The notes under the pieces were generated by a model. It saw only the letters and a program-made list of their open reading frames with translations, ran no database searches and was not told where the DNA came from. DNA of 63,390 nucleotides, filler included, from Octopus bimaculoides (Eukaryota), in the NCBI RefSeq assembly GCF_001194135.2. It is 5 parts of 4 records of this genome, joined end to end, with 100 filler letters (N's around TTAATTAATTAA, not from the genome) between each part and the next. Parts side by side here need not be neighbours in the genome. Positions count along the whole stretch, not along the records: positions 10,504 to 32,443 come from NC_068998.1; 4 more parts are not named here. One strand, written 5' to 3'. Position 1 is the stretch's first letter. Every line of letters begins with the position of its first letter. Positions 12,225 to 23,749 of the stretch are shown here, one piece after another. The position numbers and the translations under genes were made by a program.

Positions 12225-12590
12225 TAAAAGATCATGCCATGGATTTCGGATCCAACCAACGATTATACCTAGGATCTGGGATGAGTCATGTGACTTGTAT
12301 GATTCGGGTGCGTCATCTTAGACTGTTCGGTCATGTTGCTCGATTTCCGAGTTAGATCCTGTATACCGTGCGTTTTTTCTCTGTAGACCCGGTTGGATCG
12401 ACGGCTTATGTTTTTGGTCAGCCACACGCCTCATGGTCACGCAGATGGGGAAGTATCCCGCAGAGATAGAAATTGACCAGGACACTGCCCAGAAATGTTG
12501 CTCAAGATGATCCGAATAGAGACCGACAAATGGTGGATAAACCGACGTGCTGCAACAGCGCATGCTCCCATGCCGAACCTGATATGATGT
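12225..12590 (+). mobile_element. RTE-clade LINE, degraded 3' end
   Basis: Translates with frameshifts and stops to GMSHVTCMIRVRHLRLFGHVARFP ... HASW ... CNSACSH, the typical RTE/Expander C-terminus. Confidence 0.8.
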
Positions 12591-12869
12591 CGTCGTCATT
12601 CGATTTTCAAATCAGAACATGTTCAATCGGAACTAAACACCGCAGAACATCACATGTTTAGGACTGGAATCGTCTTAGCGTGATGGTTATCATTTTGTTC
12701 GTTGTTAGGTTATGCTTCGCAATTGATTTGCAGTTATTTTTGTTGTTATGCTTCAAATATTTCTAAAGGACACAAGATTTGCAGACCGTATTAGTTTAAC
12801 AATATATATGTGTGTGTGTGCGTGTGTGTGTGTAAGACATAGATCTTTCCCTTTGTTATCTCCCCCTTT

Positions 12870-13110
12870 TCTTAGCACTCCTGTGTAAAATTTCTAACTT
12901 CCGGTCAGCCATTACTATGATTGACCGTTGACTGAACACTATTCAATTTTTTTCTCCGTGTTTTTCTCCTTGTCTCCGTATTCTTTCTGTTGATGAGCGT
13001 AGCTCGAAACGTTAAAGACTTTCCGTATTCCCGAGCGTCATACTAATACATCCTTTTGTTGTTTACACCACCTGTCCTCGTCTGTTGTTGTTGTTTCGTA
13101 CATTCTCCCA
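12870..13110 (+). mobile_element. Probable Penelope-like terminal-repeat (pLTR) fragment carrying the hammerhead-like motif
   Basis: Non-coding, pyrimidine-rich block around the HHR-like motif. PLE origin is inferred from the motif. Confidence 0.4.
12982..13018 (+). ncRNA. Minimal type I hammerhead-ribozyme-like motif (Penelope-associated type)
   Basis: TCTTT-CTGTTGA-T-GAG-cgtag-CTC-GAAAC-GTT-AAAGA: 5-bp stem I, 3-bp stem II, palindromic AACGTT stem III. One deviation from the CUGANGA core. Confidence 0.5.
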
Positions 13111-13378
13111 TATATATATATATATATATGTAAATATCTGTACNNNNNNNNNNNNNNNNNNNNNNNNNNNNNNNNNNNNNNNNNNNNNNNNNNNNNNNNN
13201 NNNNNNNNNNNNNNNNNNNNNNNNNNNNNNNNNNNNNNNNNNNNNNNNNNNNNNNNNNNNNNNNNNNNNNNNNNNNNNNNNNNNNNNNNNNNNNNNNNNN
13301 NNNNNNNNNNNNNNNNNNNNNNNNNNNNNNNNNNNNNNNNNNNNNNNNNNNNNNNNNNNNNNNNNNNNNNNNNNNNNN

Positions 13379-13429
<51 letters not shown>

Positions 13430-14069
13430 TTTTCATCTGTATATATATATATGGAAGGAAGCATGTTTCTATACATTTAGATAAGCGTATACATTTTACG
13501 TGTGCTGCGTGTATGTGCATTTGTGTTCGTGTTCGTGTGTGTGTGTGTGTGTGTGCCTTTGCGCGCGCGCTTAGAAGTGGCTTGACGCAACTCGACACCT
13601 CCCCATCTTTCCTTTGTGGACATTACTGAACGCAACTTCAACAACAATTGCCTCTCGCATGAGAAGCTATTAATATGATTTCCATGAAAACAACTTCTAC
13701 AAACAAACAACAGCAACAAAAGCACCACAATAGATCTAAATCTAGTAAAAAGTTAACAGAGCTGAAATATGCGTGGACACTATAAACACACACACACGCA
13801 CGCACAATTTTTTCTTATATAAGCACATATGTAGCTTTCTATGTATGTATGTACGTATGTATGTAAGTATGTATGTACAGATTTGTAAGTTTGTATGTAA
13901 GTATGTATGTATGTATGTATGTATGTATGTACGGATAGATATATATATATATGTTTCTAATTACGTGCTTGTATATGGAATATATGCATACATATGCAAA
14001 TATAAGGGTTTTTATGCAAACATATGTTGAAAAATCTTGAATGTGTGTGTGCGTGTGCGTGCGTGTGCG

Positions 14070-14112
<43 letters not shown>

Positions 14113-15079
14113 NNNNNNNNNNNNNNNNNNNNNNNNNNNNNNNNNNNNNNNNNNNNNNNNNNNNNNNNNNNNNNNNNNNNNNNNNNNNNNNNNNNNNNNN
14201 NNNNNNNNNNNNNNNNNNNNNNNNNNNNNNNNNNNNNNNNNNNNNNNNNNNNNNNNNNNNNNNNNNNNNNNNNNNNNNNNNNNNNNNNNNNNNNNNNNNN
14301 NNNNNNNNNNNNNNNNNNNNNNNNNNNNNNNNNNNNNNNNNNNNNNNNNNNNNNNNNNNNNNNNNNNNNNNNNNNNNNNNNNNNNNNNNNNNNNNNNNNN
14401 NNNNNNNNNNNNNNNNNNNNNNNNNNNNNNNNNNNNNNNNNNNNNNNNNNNNNNNNNNNNNNNNNNNNNNNNNNNNNNNNNNNNNNNNNNNNNNNNNNNN
14501 NNNNNNNNNNNNNNNNNNNNNNNNNNNNNNNNNNNNNNNNNNNNNNNNNNNNNNNNNNNNNNNNNNNNNNNNNNNNNNNNNNNNNNNNNNNNNNNNNNNN
14601 NNNNNNNNNNNNNNNNNNNNNNNNNNNNNNNNNNNNNNNNNNNNNNNNNNNNNNNNNNNNNNNNNNNNNNNNNNNNNNNNNNNNNNNNNNNNNNNNNNNN
14701 NNNNNNNNNNNNNNNNNNNNNNNNNNNNNNNNNNNNNNNNNNNNNNNNNNNNNNNNNNNNNNNNNNNNNNNNNNNNNNNNNNNNNNNNNNNNNNNNNNNN
14801 NNNNNNNNNNNNNNNNNNNNNNNNNNNNNNNNNNNNNNNNNNNNNNNNNNNNNNNNNNNNNNNNNNNNNNNNNNNNNNNNNNNNNNNNNNNNNNNNNNNN
14901 NNNNNNNNNNNNNNNNNNNNNNNNNNNNNNNTGGTATATTTTACCTGGACATTATAGGATTTTGATTCCATTCAAGTGTGGAACCAAACCCGGCTTATCC
15001 GAAATATCAAGCATGATGGAGTAATAGACTTCCAATCTTTTATTCCAACCGAAATATAAATATATACATAACATTGCAC

Positions 15080-15860
15080 TTCACTTCATATTCACGTTTT
15101 TTTTTTGTTTCTTCCTGCTTCTTTTTTTTTTTAAATTTGCATTTGTTGCTTTGTTGGTTTGTTTTTGTTGCTTTTTTCCTTCGTTTCTTTCGTTTTCGTC
15201 TGCGTCTGTTTGGCTTGAGTGCTTTTTCATATTCTTCCTTTCTTCAACCTCCTCCTCCTCCTCCTCTTCCTCCTCCTTCTCTTCCCCTCCGTCTTCCCCT
15301 CCTCCTTCTCCTCCTTTTACTTTTTCTTCTTACTTTCCTCCTCTTCTCATCTTTCCTCTTTTTTTACATCTTTTTCTTTTCTTTATTCTCCTCTACTTCG
15401 TCTTCTACTTCTTTTTCTCATCTTCTTATCTTCCTTCTTCTTCTCCTTCTTCTTCATCATCATCATCATCATCAATATCATCTGGGTTTTTTTTCGTCAT
15501 AAGCGTTTTCTTTTGACCTTCTTCATCAGCATCCTTTTTCATTCTCCTCTCTTCCTCCACCTCCTCCTCCTCCTCCTCCTCCTTCTTCTTCTTCTTCTTC
15601 TTCTTCTTCTTCCTCCACCGCCTCTCCTTTCTTATCTTCTTCCTCATCTTCACCCCTTTTCTTCTTCTTCCTCTTCTCCTTCTTCTTCTTCCCTTCCTTT
15701 TCCTCCTCCAACTCTATTCCCTTCTTATCTTTTGCCTCATCTTCACCCCTTTTCTTGTTTTCCTTCTTCTTCTTCTTCTTCTTCTTCTTCTTCTTCTTCT
15801 TCTTCTTCTTCTTCTTCTTCTTCTTCATTTTCTTCTTCTCCTACTACCACTTCTTAATCT
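15080..15860. repeat. Low-complexity polypyrimidine tract, (CTT)n/(CCT)n
   Basis: Almost purely C/T on the plus strand. Confidence 0.95.
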
Positions 15861-16065
15861 CTACCTCAAACTCATCCCCCAACGATGAGGATAATAGTCA
15901 TGATATTAATAACGATTTTTATTGACTTATTCTTCTTCTGCTACTATTGTTACAACCTTTTTATCACGCACGAGTAAGTTTCGTGTCTAAATACCCTTGA
16001 AGTGTCTACAAGAATGCTGACTGTATAACTAATGGCAGGCTTTTTGATAGAAAAGTGCAATTATT

Positions 16066-16195
16066 TCACTGGCACTTATTTCACCGAACCCCGGAAAGAA
16101 TGAAATACAAAGTCGACCTCGGCAGCATTTGAACTCAGAATGTAAAGCCGGAAGTAATACCACTAAGCATTTTGTCCGACTTGTTAGCTATTCTG
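16066..16195 (-). mobile_element. SINE family B, diverged
   Basis: aaagtcgacctcggcagcatttgaactcagaa. Confidence 0.75.
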
Positions 16196-16530
16196 TCAGA
16201 TGAGACCAAATCAGAATGGTCCCAGATGGGACCAACCAGTTCAAAACCACAGTTGTGACCAGCAGCCATTGAAACAAAGGACTTGTATGCTGGAGCATTC
16301 TCCCGAAAGGACAAGATTCTTGGGCATCAATTTTTCTAAGCGTTTGATCTTCATAGCGAGAAAGTTTTTCGTATTCCTTTCTTGAGACATCTTGATCTTG
16401 GAAGACAGACATATCTATTAACAGACAAGTTCCTCTGTTGTGGTCCTTGATCACAATGTCTGGTCCATTGGAGTCAGTTTTTCTGTCTGTTTGTATTGGG
16501 ATTTACTACAACCTCTGGATAGTGCCTATA
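16195..16530 (-). mobile_element. R4/Dong-clade LINE fragment (restriction-like endonuclease domain)
   Basis: IPIQTDRKTDSNGPDIVIKDHNRGTCLLIDMSVFQDQDVSRKEYEKLSRY matches the PD...D REL domain of R4/Dong elements. Confidence 0.8.
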
Positions 16531-16555
16531 CCACTTACTATGGGATTTAATTTTG

Positions 16556-16581
16556 TAATTATTATTATTATTATTATTATT

Positions 16582-16673
<92 letters not shown>

Positions 16674-16700
16674 TGATGATGATAATAACAATAATAATAA
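16556..16700. repeat. (ATT)n followed by (AAT)n microsatellite
   Basis: Direct inspection. Similar ATT tracts at 18630-18800, 21737-21870 and 30837-30905. Confidence 0.95.
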
Positions 16701-17269
16701 TTCATGGTCTTAACTGGAATACTTTGTTCAGAGGAGAGTTCGATCACGACTGATATGGGAGCTAAACAACTACAAAAATCAACAAAAATATATTTTAAAA
16801 AAGCCATTTATAATTTATGAAGACGCGACACACGAAATTACTATCTTATTTTACAAGAATATCAGCAACCAAAGTAATATTTTTTTTTTAAAGCGTTCTA
16901 AATTAAACGCCTGGGAATCAGAACTTAGCAACAGCTGTGAACAGTGTAATTTTCATTGATTAATTTGTACAGGATATTTAGAAGTTGCTGTATATCGTAA
17001 TCACTTTCACTTTTTGTGTCTTATCTAGTACTACATCTTTCTGCACGAGAATGATATATTCATTGAGACACTTTGTCACCGAAGTTTCTTTCCGCTTTAT
17101 TAAATATCTGTCTATATCACTTTACGTTCCGTATTGAGTTCTTTGTGCTCGTTGATTGTTGTTATTTAGTAAATATGATAGAATCGTTAAAGCATCAAAC
17201 AAATGCCTTGTGGAATTTGGTTGCGTATCTGTGCGTTCGGGATCGGTAAAATATAGGGCTTGTCAAGTA

Positions 17270-17610
17270 CCAGGACTCGAATCAAATCGACCCCAGGACT
17301 TATTCTTTGTAAGCCTAGTACTTATTCTATCGGTCTCTTTTTGCCGAACCGCTAAGGTACGGGGACCTAAACACACCAGCATCAGTTGTCAAGCGATGTT
17401 GGGGGGACAAACACAGATACAGAACATATACACACATACATATATATATATATACATATATACGACGGCCTTCTTTCAGTTTCCGTCTACCAAATCCACT
17501 CACAAGGCTTTGGTCGGCCCGAGGCTATAGTAGAAGGTGCCACGCAGTGGGACTGAACCCGGAACCATATGGTTGGTCAGCAAGCTACTTACCACACAGC
17601 AACTCCTGCG
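17270..17610 (-). mobile_element. SINE family A, near full length
   Basis: A/B-box head (GGTTCAGTCCC on minus), internal TA/CA tract, shared tail. Confidence 0.9.
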
Positions 17611-17643
<33 letters not shown>

Positions 17644-17653
17644 NNNNNNNNNN

Positions 17654-17695
<42 letters not shown>

Positions 17696-18629
17696 TGTGT
17701 AAGAATATGGTTAGGTGTGATCTGTGCTCACATATGCAAATATATATTTACGTGCACGATCTTCATACATACATACATACATACATGCATTAAGGTAAGC
17801 TTTGCTGGCCAGTGCTATTGTGTTGAACAACTTCCGTTTTCAAATAGAGGACGACGATGCTCGGTTAAATTGTTGTTATAGACCGAGGCATGCAACATGA
17901 AACTAAAGATCTACCAAGGCTTTAGAGGGGGCAGAGATTTCTAGCGCAATATTGTGAGACCGTATCTCGCTTACGGCTGCTTGCAAATAGGAAAAATAAT
18001 TGAGCTGATTTCATAACTGAATCCACATTGTCTAGAAAGAAATTTGAGTGGGATTATGTGTATATATGTGTATATGCGTGTGATTGAGTAATTGTATGTA
18101 CGTATGTGTGTATAGAGGAGGTGCGCTCGCGTCATATATTATCATGAATTTTTAACTCATATGAGAACGTGCATTCATTTGTTTAAAATAACATGATATT
18201 TCGTTAACGAGTTTGAGTAGTAATTAATTTTTTTGCTGTTGTTGTTGTTTATTCTGATATAACAAACAAAAACTTTTTACGTATTTAATTTTATTGTTTA
18301 TTTAGTTTATTAGCATTTTTCTTTCTTCCTTCCTTCTTTCTTTGTTTCTTTCTGCTATAATAATAATGCCAGAGATATAGAAATTGCTGGAAATAGTCAT
18401 TAGGAATGAAACAAATACGTTGAAATGCCTAAAACAAAACACAAACATAAACACACTTTTGTTCTTTTGTTTTCACTCATTTTTGTTTTATTTTATTTTA
18501 TTTTATTTTATTTTATTTTATTTATTTATTTCTACTTTGTCAATAATCTAATGACACCACGTTGGTTTCTGATAACTTGTTGAAGAAATTACAAAAGCAA
18601 CGAAAACAAACGAAATATTGTAAAATGCA

Positions 18630-18679
<50 letters not shown>

Positions 18680-18727
18680 GGATTATTATTACCATCATCA
18701 CCATTTTCATCACCATAATCAACATCG

Positions 18728-18797
<70 letters not shown>

Positions 18798-18862
18798 CAT
18801 CAGTTCCTTTCATTTCGTTGTGGGAAGTTACACCAAATGTTCAAAGAATTTCTTTTGAAAAT

Positions 18863-19105
18863 GAGACATTGTTGGTAAGAAGTTTGCTTCCAAACCACGC
18901 GGTTTTTGAGTTCAGTCCAACTGTGTGGCATCTTGGGCAAATGTCTTCTTTTATAAACCCGGGCCGAGAAAAGCCTTGTGAGTGGATTTGGTAAACAGAA
19001 ACTGAAAGAAGCTAGTCGTAAATGTGTGTGTGTGTGTGTTTTTCTCCCAGCACTACTTGACAACCGATGTTGCTGTATTTACGTTCTCATAACAAGCTGT
19101 GGTGG
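18863..19105 (+). mobile_element. SINE family A, diverged
   Basis: gagttcagtcc...ggcatcttgggcaaatgtcttc...gtgagtggatttggt...aaactgaaagaagc. Confidence 0.8.
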
Positions 19106-19270
19106 GAGACAAACAGAGCTACAAAGTCACACACATACATGGTGATATTAAGATATATATATTTGCCACATTTAGGTGGCAAATATACCTCACGATGTTG
19201 TGCTGCTATTGTTTACATCTCGCTCAGAGATTTATTATTGCTTATATATATATATACATATATTTATACC

Positions 19271-19438
19271 ACAAGCTTTTTTCAGTTTTCCTCTATAAGA
19301 TCCACTCGCAAGACTTTGAGCAGCTCGAGGCTATAGTAGAAGGCACTTTCACTTTTTCTCAAAATGCCACGCAATGGGACTGACCACGTAACCACGTACT
19401 TCTGAAGCAAACTTCTTACCACACAGCCATGTCTTCGC
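19271..19438 (-). mobile_element. SINE family A, 5' half
   Basis: Matches the family head and first half. Confidence 0.8.
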
Positions 19439-20786
19439 TTATATGTTATATATCGTAATTAATTTCACCCCATCGAAAACCGTTTTTAGTTTGCTGATGT
19501 TTCATTCAAAAGAAAGTGACGTCACAGAACAGAGAATACTGCGTTATTTACTATGAGTTCGTACGGGCTTGTGATGCGTAAAAGCACTCGTGCTTGTATT
19601 GCTGAACGGGCGAGAACCATCTGCAATGGTTGCGGAACAACCAGATCATGTGATTTTGGCCTTCACGTGAAAACCATATGAGAGGTCCTATCATGGCAAA
19701 TAACGCAGTATTCTTTGTCCTAAGACAACATCCACTTTAAGTGGAGATAAATATTACATTTTTATATTAATATTGTTTCTAACGCTATTCATTTCTTTAA
19801 TGACACCACTGCCTGAATAGAACCTGAGATTATTTATATATAACTGATGTGGGAATCAGCTGTTATGTCTAGCTGCAGAGGGCTGTTATTGACAAAGCTA
19901 AGGAAGACCGATATCACATGATCTGGCAGTTCTGACAGCCGTAAGAGACGATTCTCATCCGCTCGTGATATAAAAACAAGTGCTTTTATGTACCATAAAA
20001 CCATATGGGCGGTTCTCTTATGGTAAACATCGAAGTATTCAGTGTCTTGATACAACATTCACTTCAACTAAGAAATAAATATCACCTTTTGGTATTAATA
20101 CTGTTTCTGTCGCTATTAATTATTTTTTGAAGTAACGTCTGTTAAAACCATTTCAGGCTTTCCTTTCGTAAACTACAAGTAGACTAAGAACTCGGTAAGT
20201 ATAAACGCCATTATTTTCTAAATGAGAATTTCTGTTACCTTAGTAATGAAAACGAGGACTGCAACAACGACAATTGGAAAAGTTAGATATGTTTCCGTAT
20301 CTAAGACAAATGGCTGTAAATAGTAACAACTATTTGAATAGTTTAATTAAAACTCTACTTTCGAGAGCATTATATCTGGCTGGATGGCTTTATCAAGGTT
20401 AAATGTCAGCAATAAGTCAATGAAATTTCCTACTGTATGGTCAGAGAGCTTTCTATATTTCTGGTAAATAGCAGTAGAAAGAAAGGGAAAAACATTCAAA
20501 TATTTTAATTAAAGCTAACAGTCATCTTGAGAGCATTTTATCTGGTAAGGTCACCTTGTTTGCAGTTTAAAAAGTCAGTGATGATGTCTGTAGCACAGTC
20601 AGTCAGGGGGCTTTCCATATCTCCGACAAATATCTGGGGAGAGACAGAGCGAGAGAGAGGAGGTGGACAGAGAGAGGGTTGAGAAAGAAAAGTGGAGAGA
20701 CAATGAGGGAGAGAGTAATATTTAAAATGTTTAATTAAAACTGTCATCTCACGAGTATCATATATTTTGCACACACACACACACAC

Positions 20787-20835
<49 letters not shown>

Positions 20836-21736
20836 NNNNNNNNNNNNNNNNNNNNNNNNNNNNNNNNNNNNNNNNNNNNNNNNNNNNNNNNNNNNNNNNN
20901 NNNNNNNNNNNNNNNNNNNNNNNNNNNNNNNNNNNNNNNNNNNNNNNNNNNNNNNNNNNNNNNNNNNNNNNNNNNNNNNNNNNNNNNNNNNNNNNNNNNN
21001 NNNNNNNNNNNNNNNNNNNNNNNNNNNNNNNNNNNNNNNNNNNNNNNNNNNNNNNNNNNNNNNNNNNNNNNNNNNNNNNNNNNNNNNNNNNNNNNNNNNN
21101 NNNNNNNNNNNNNNNNNNNNNNNNNNNNNNNNNNNNNNNNNNNNNNNNNNNNNNNNNNNNNNNNNNNNNNNNNNNNNNNNNNNNNNNNNNNNNNNNNNNN
21201 NNNNNNNNNNNNNNNNNNNNNNNNNNNNNNNNNNNNNNNNNNNNNNNNNNNNNNNNNNNNNNNNNNNNNNNNNNNNNNNNNNNNNNNNNNNNNNNNNNNN
21301 NNNNNNNNNNNNNNNNNNNNNNNNNNNNNNNNNNNNNNNNNNNNNNNNNNNNNNNNNNNNNNNNNNNNNNNNNNNNNNNNNNNNNNNNNNNNNNNNNNNN
21401 NNNNNNNNNNNNNNNNNNNNNNNNNNNNNNNNNNNNNNNNNNNNNNNNNNNNNNNNNNNNNNNNNNNNNNNNNNNNNNNNNNNNNNNNNNNNNNNNNNNN
21501 NNNNNNNNNNNNNNNNNNNNNNNNNNNNNNNNNNNNNNNNNNNNNNNNNNNNNNNNNNNNNNNNNNNNNNNNNNNNNNNNNNNNNNNNNNNNNNNNNNNN
21601 NNNNNNNNNNNNNNNNNNNNNNNNNNNNNNNNNNNNNNNNNNNNNNNNNNNNNNNNNNNNNNNNNNNNNNNNNNNNNNNNNNNNNNNNNNNNNNNNNNNN
21701 NNNNNNNNNNNNNNNNNNNNNNNNNNNNNNNNNNNN

Positions 21737-21810
<74 letters not shown>

Positions 21811-21824
21811 ATTTATTATTATTA

Positions 21825-21862
<38 letters not shown>

Positions 21863-22261
21863 ATTATTAGATGATAAATCATATGGTATCTATATTTGGT
21901 AGCTTGCTGGTAAGGCACTTTGACTTTCAGTGTTGGCTGGGTATTTGGTTAATGAGAGAGATGGAAAACTGAAGATACGAGAACATTTATTGGTCACTAC
22001 AGTTCTGTCGACCTGTTGTTCAGTATTTCAGCCGGGAGAGGTCGGTGCTAGTTGGTTTGGAACAATTGTAGCGATCAATAAACATTCTCGAATCTCCAAT
22101 CTTTCGTCTCCCTCATCAATCAAAAATATGTGTCTGTGTGTGTGTGTACACTAAACCCTTGTGAATGGATTTGGTACAGGGAAACTGAAAGAAGTAATAT
22201 ACACATTTAGATATGTATATGTGGATGTGTGTATTCGTTTGTGTGTGTGTGTGTGTGCGGT

Positions 22262-22422
22262 AGGGGGGGGCAGTCGATTGGATCGACTCCAGTACACAAC
22301 TGGTACTTAAGTTATCGACCCCGAAAGGATGAAAGGCAAAGTCGACTTCGGCGGAATTTGAACTCAGAACGTAAAGACAGACGAAATAACGCTAAGCATT
22401 TCGTCCGGCATGCTAACGTTTC
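22262..22422 (-). mobile_element. SINE family B
   Basis: tatcgaccccgaaaggatgaaaggcaaagtcgac...atttgaactcagaacgt. Confidence 0.9.
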
Positions 22423-23717
22423 TGAACAAAAGGCAATTCTACCGTTTTCCATGTAGAATGGCACATCGCTGGCGGCACAAAAAAAAAATAAAGAAAACAA
22501 CAAGAAGTGATTGATTTATTGGTTCTGATTGATATTTATTAAGNNNNNNNNNNNNNNNNNNNNNNNNNNNNNNNNNNNNNNNNNNNNNNNNNNNNNNNNN
22601 NNNNNNNNNNNNNNNNNNNNNNNNNNNNNNNNNNNNNNNNNNNNNNNNNNNNNNNNNNNNNNNNNNNNNNNNNNNNNNNNNNNNNNNNNNNNNNNNNNNN
22701 NNNNNNNNNNNNNNNNNNNNNNNNNNNNNNNNNNNNNNNNNNNNNNNNNNNNNNNNNNNNNNNNNNNNNNNNNNNNNNNNNNNNNNNNNNNNNNNNNNNN
22801 NNNNNNNNNNNNNNNNNNNNNNNNNNNNNNNNNNNNNNNNNNNNNNNNNNNNNNNNNNNNNNNNNNNNNNNNNNNNNNNNNNNNNNNNNNNNNNNNNNNN
22901 NNNNNNNNNNNNNNNNNNNNNNNNNNNNNNNNNNNNNNNNNNNNNNNNNNNNNNNNNNNNNNNNNNNNNNNNNNNNNNNNNNNNNNNNNNNNNNNNNNNN
23001 NNNNNNNNNNNNNNNNNNNNNNNNNNNNNNNNNNNNNNNNNNNNNNNNNNNNNNNNNNNNNNNNNNNNNNNNNNNNNNNNNNNNNNNNNNNNNNNNNNNN
23101 NNNNNNNNNNNNNNNNNNNNNNNNNNNNNNNNNNNNNNNNNNNNNNNNNNNNNNNNNNNNNNNNNNNNNNNNNNNNNNNNNNNNNNNNNNNNNNNNNNNN
23201 NNNNNNNNNNNNNNNNNNNNNNNNNNNNNNNNNNNNNNNNNNNNNNNNNNNNNNNNNNNNNNNNNNNNNNNNNNNNNNNNNNNNNNNNNNNNNNNNNNNN
23301 NNNNNNNNNNNNNNNNNNNNNNNNNNNNTATATATATACATATATATATGTATGTATGTATGTATATGTATAAAATGTATATATGTATATAGCAATTAAA
23401 AGGACGCGCCTGTAAGTCTGCACACCCACAAACACAGTTAATAAGCAAAACGAGCGTTGTAAATATAATTTGTGTTCCAGGAATATATTTTTCAGAAATA
23501 TATATCTCAGTATCACAATTCACTGTATGTATGTGCGTGTGTGCGTGCAATATGTGGTTATGTGTATGTATGTACGTATATGTGTATGTCTGTTGAGAGA
23601 GTGACATAAACATAACAGACATCAACATTTGCCTATAAGAGTTTCGTGCATGGCAGTCTAAAAACTGTCATGGACGAAAATTCTCAACCCTTTAGTTACT
23701 TTTGAAACCTTCAAGAG

Positions 23718-23749
<32 letters not shown>

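Noticed and set aside
15074-15857. Poly-Leu/Ser/Lys/Glu ORFs
   Set aside because: Translations of a CTT/CCT low-complexity tract, with no splice or codon evidence.
20767-23628. Long ORFs in the supplied track (also 14012-15024, 31134-32156, 61589-62805 and others)
   Set aside because: They consist of X from N gaps plus translated microsatellite (YIYI, HTHT, CVCV).
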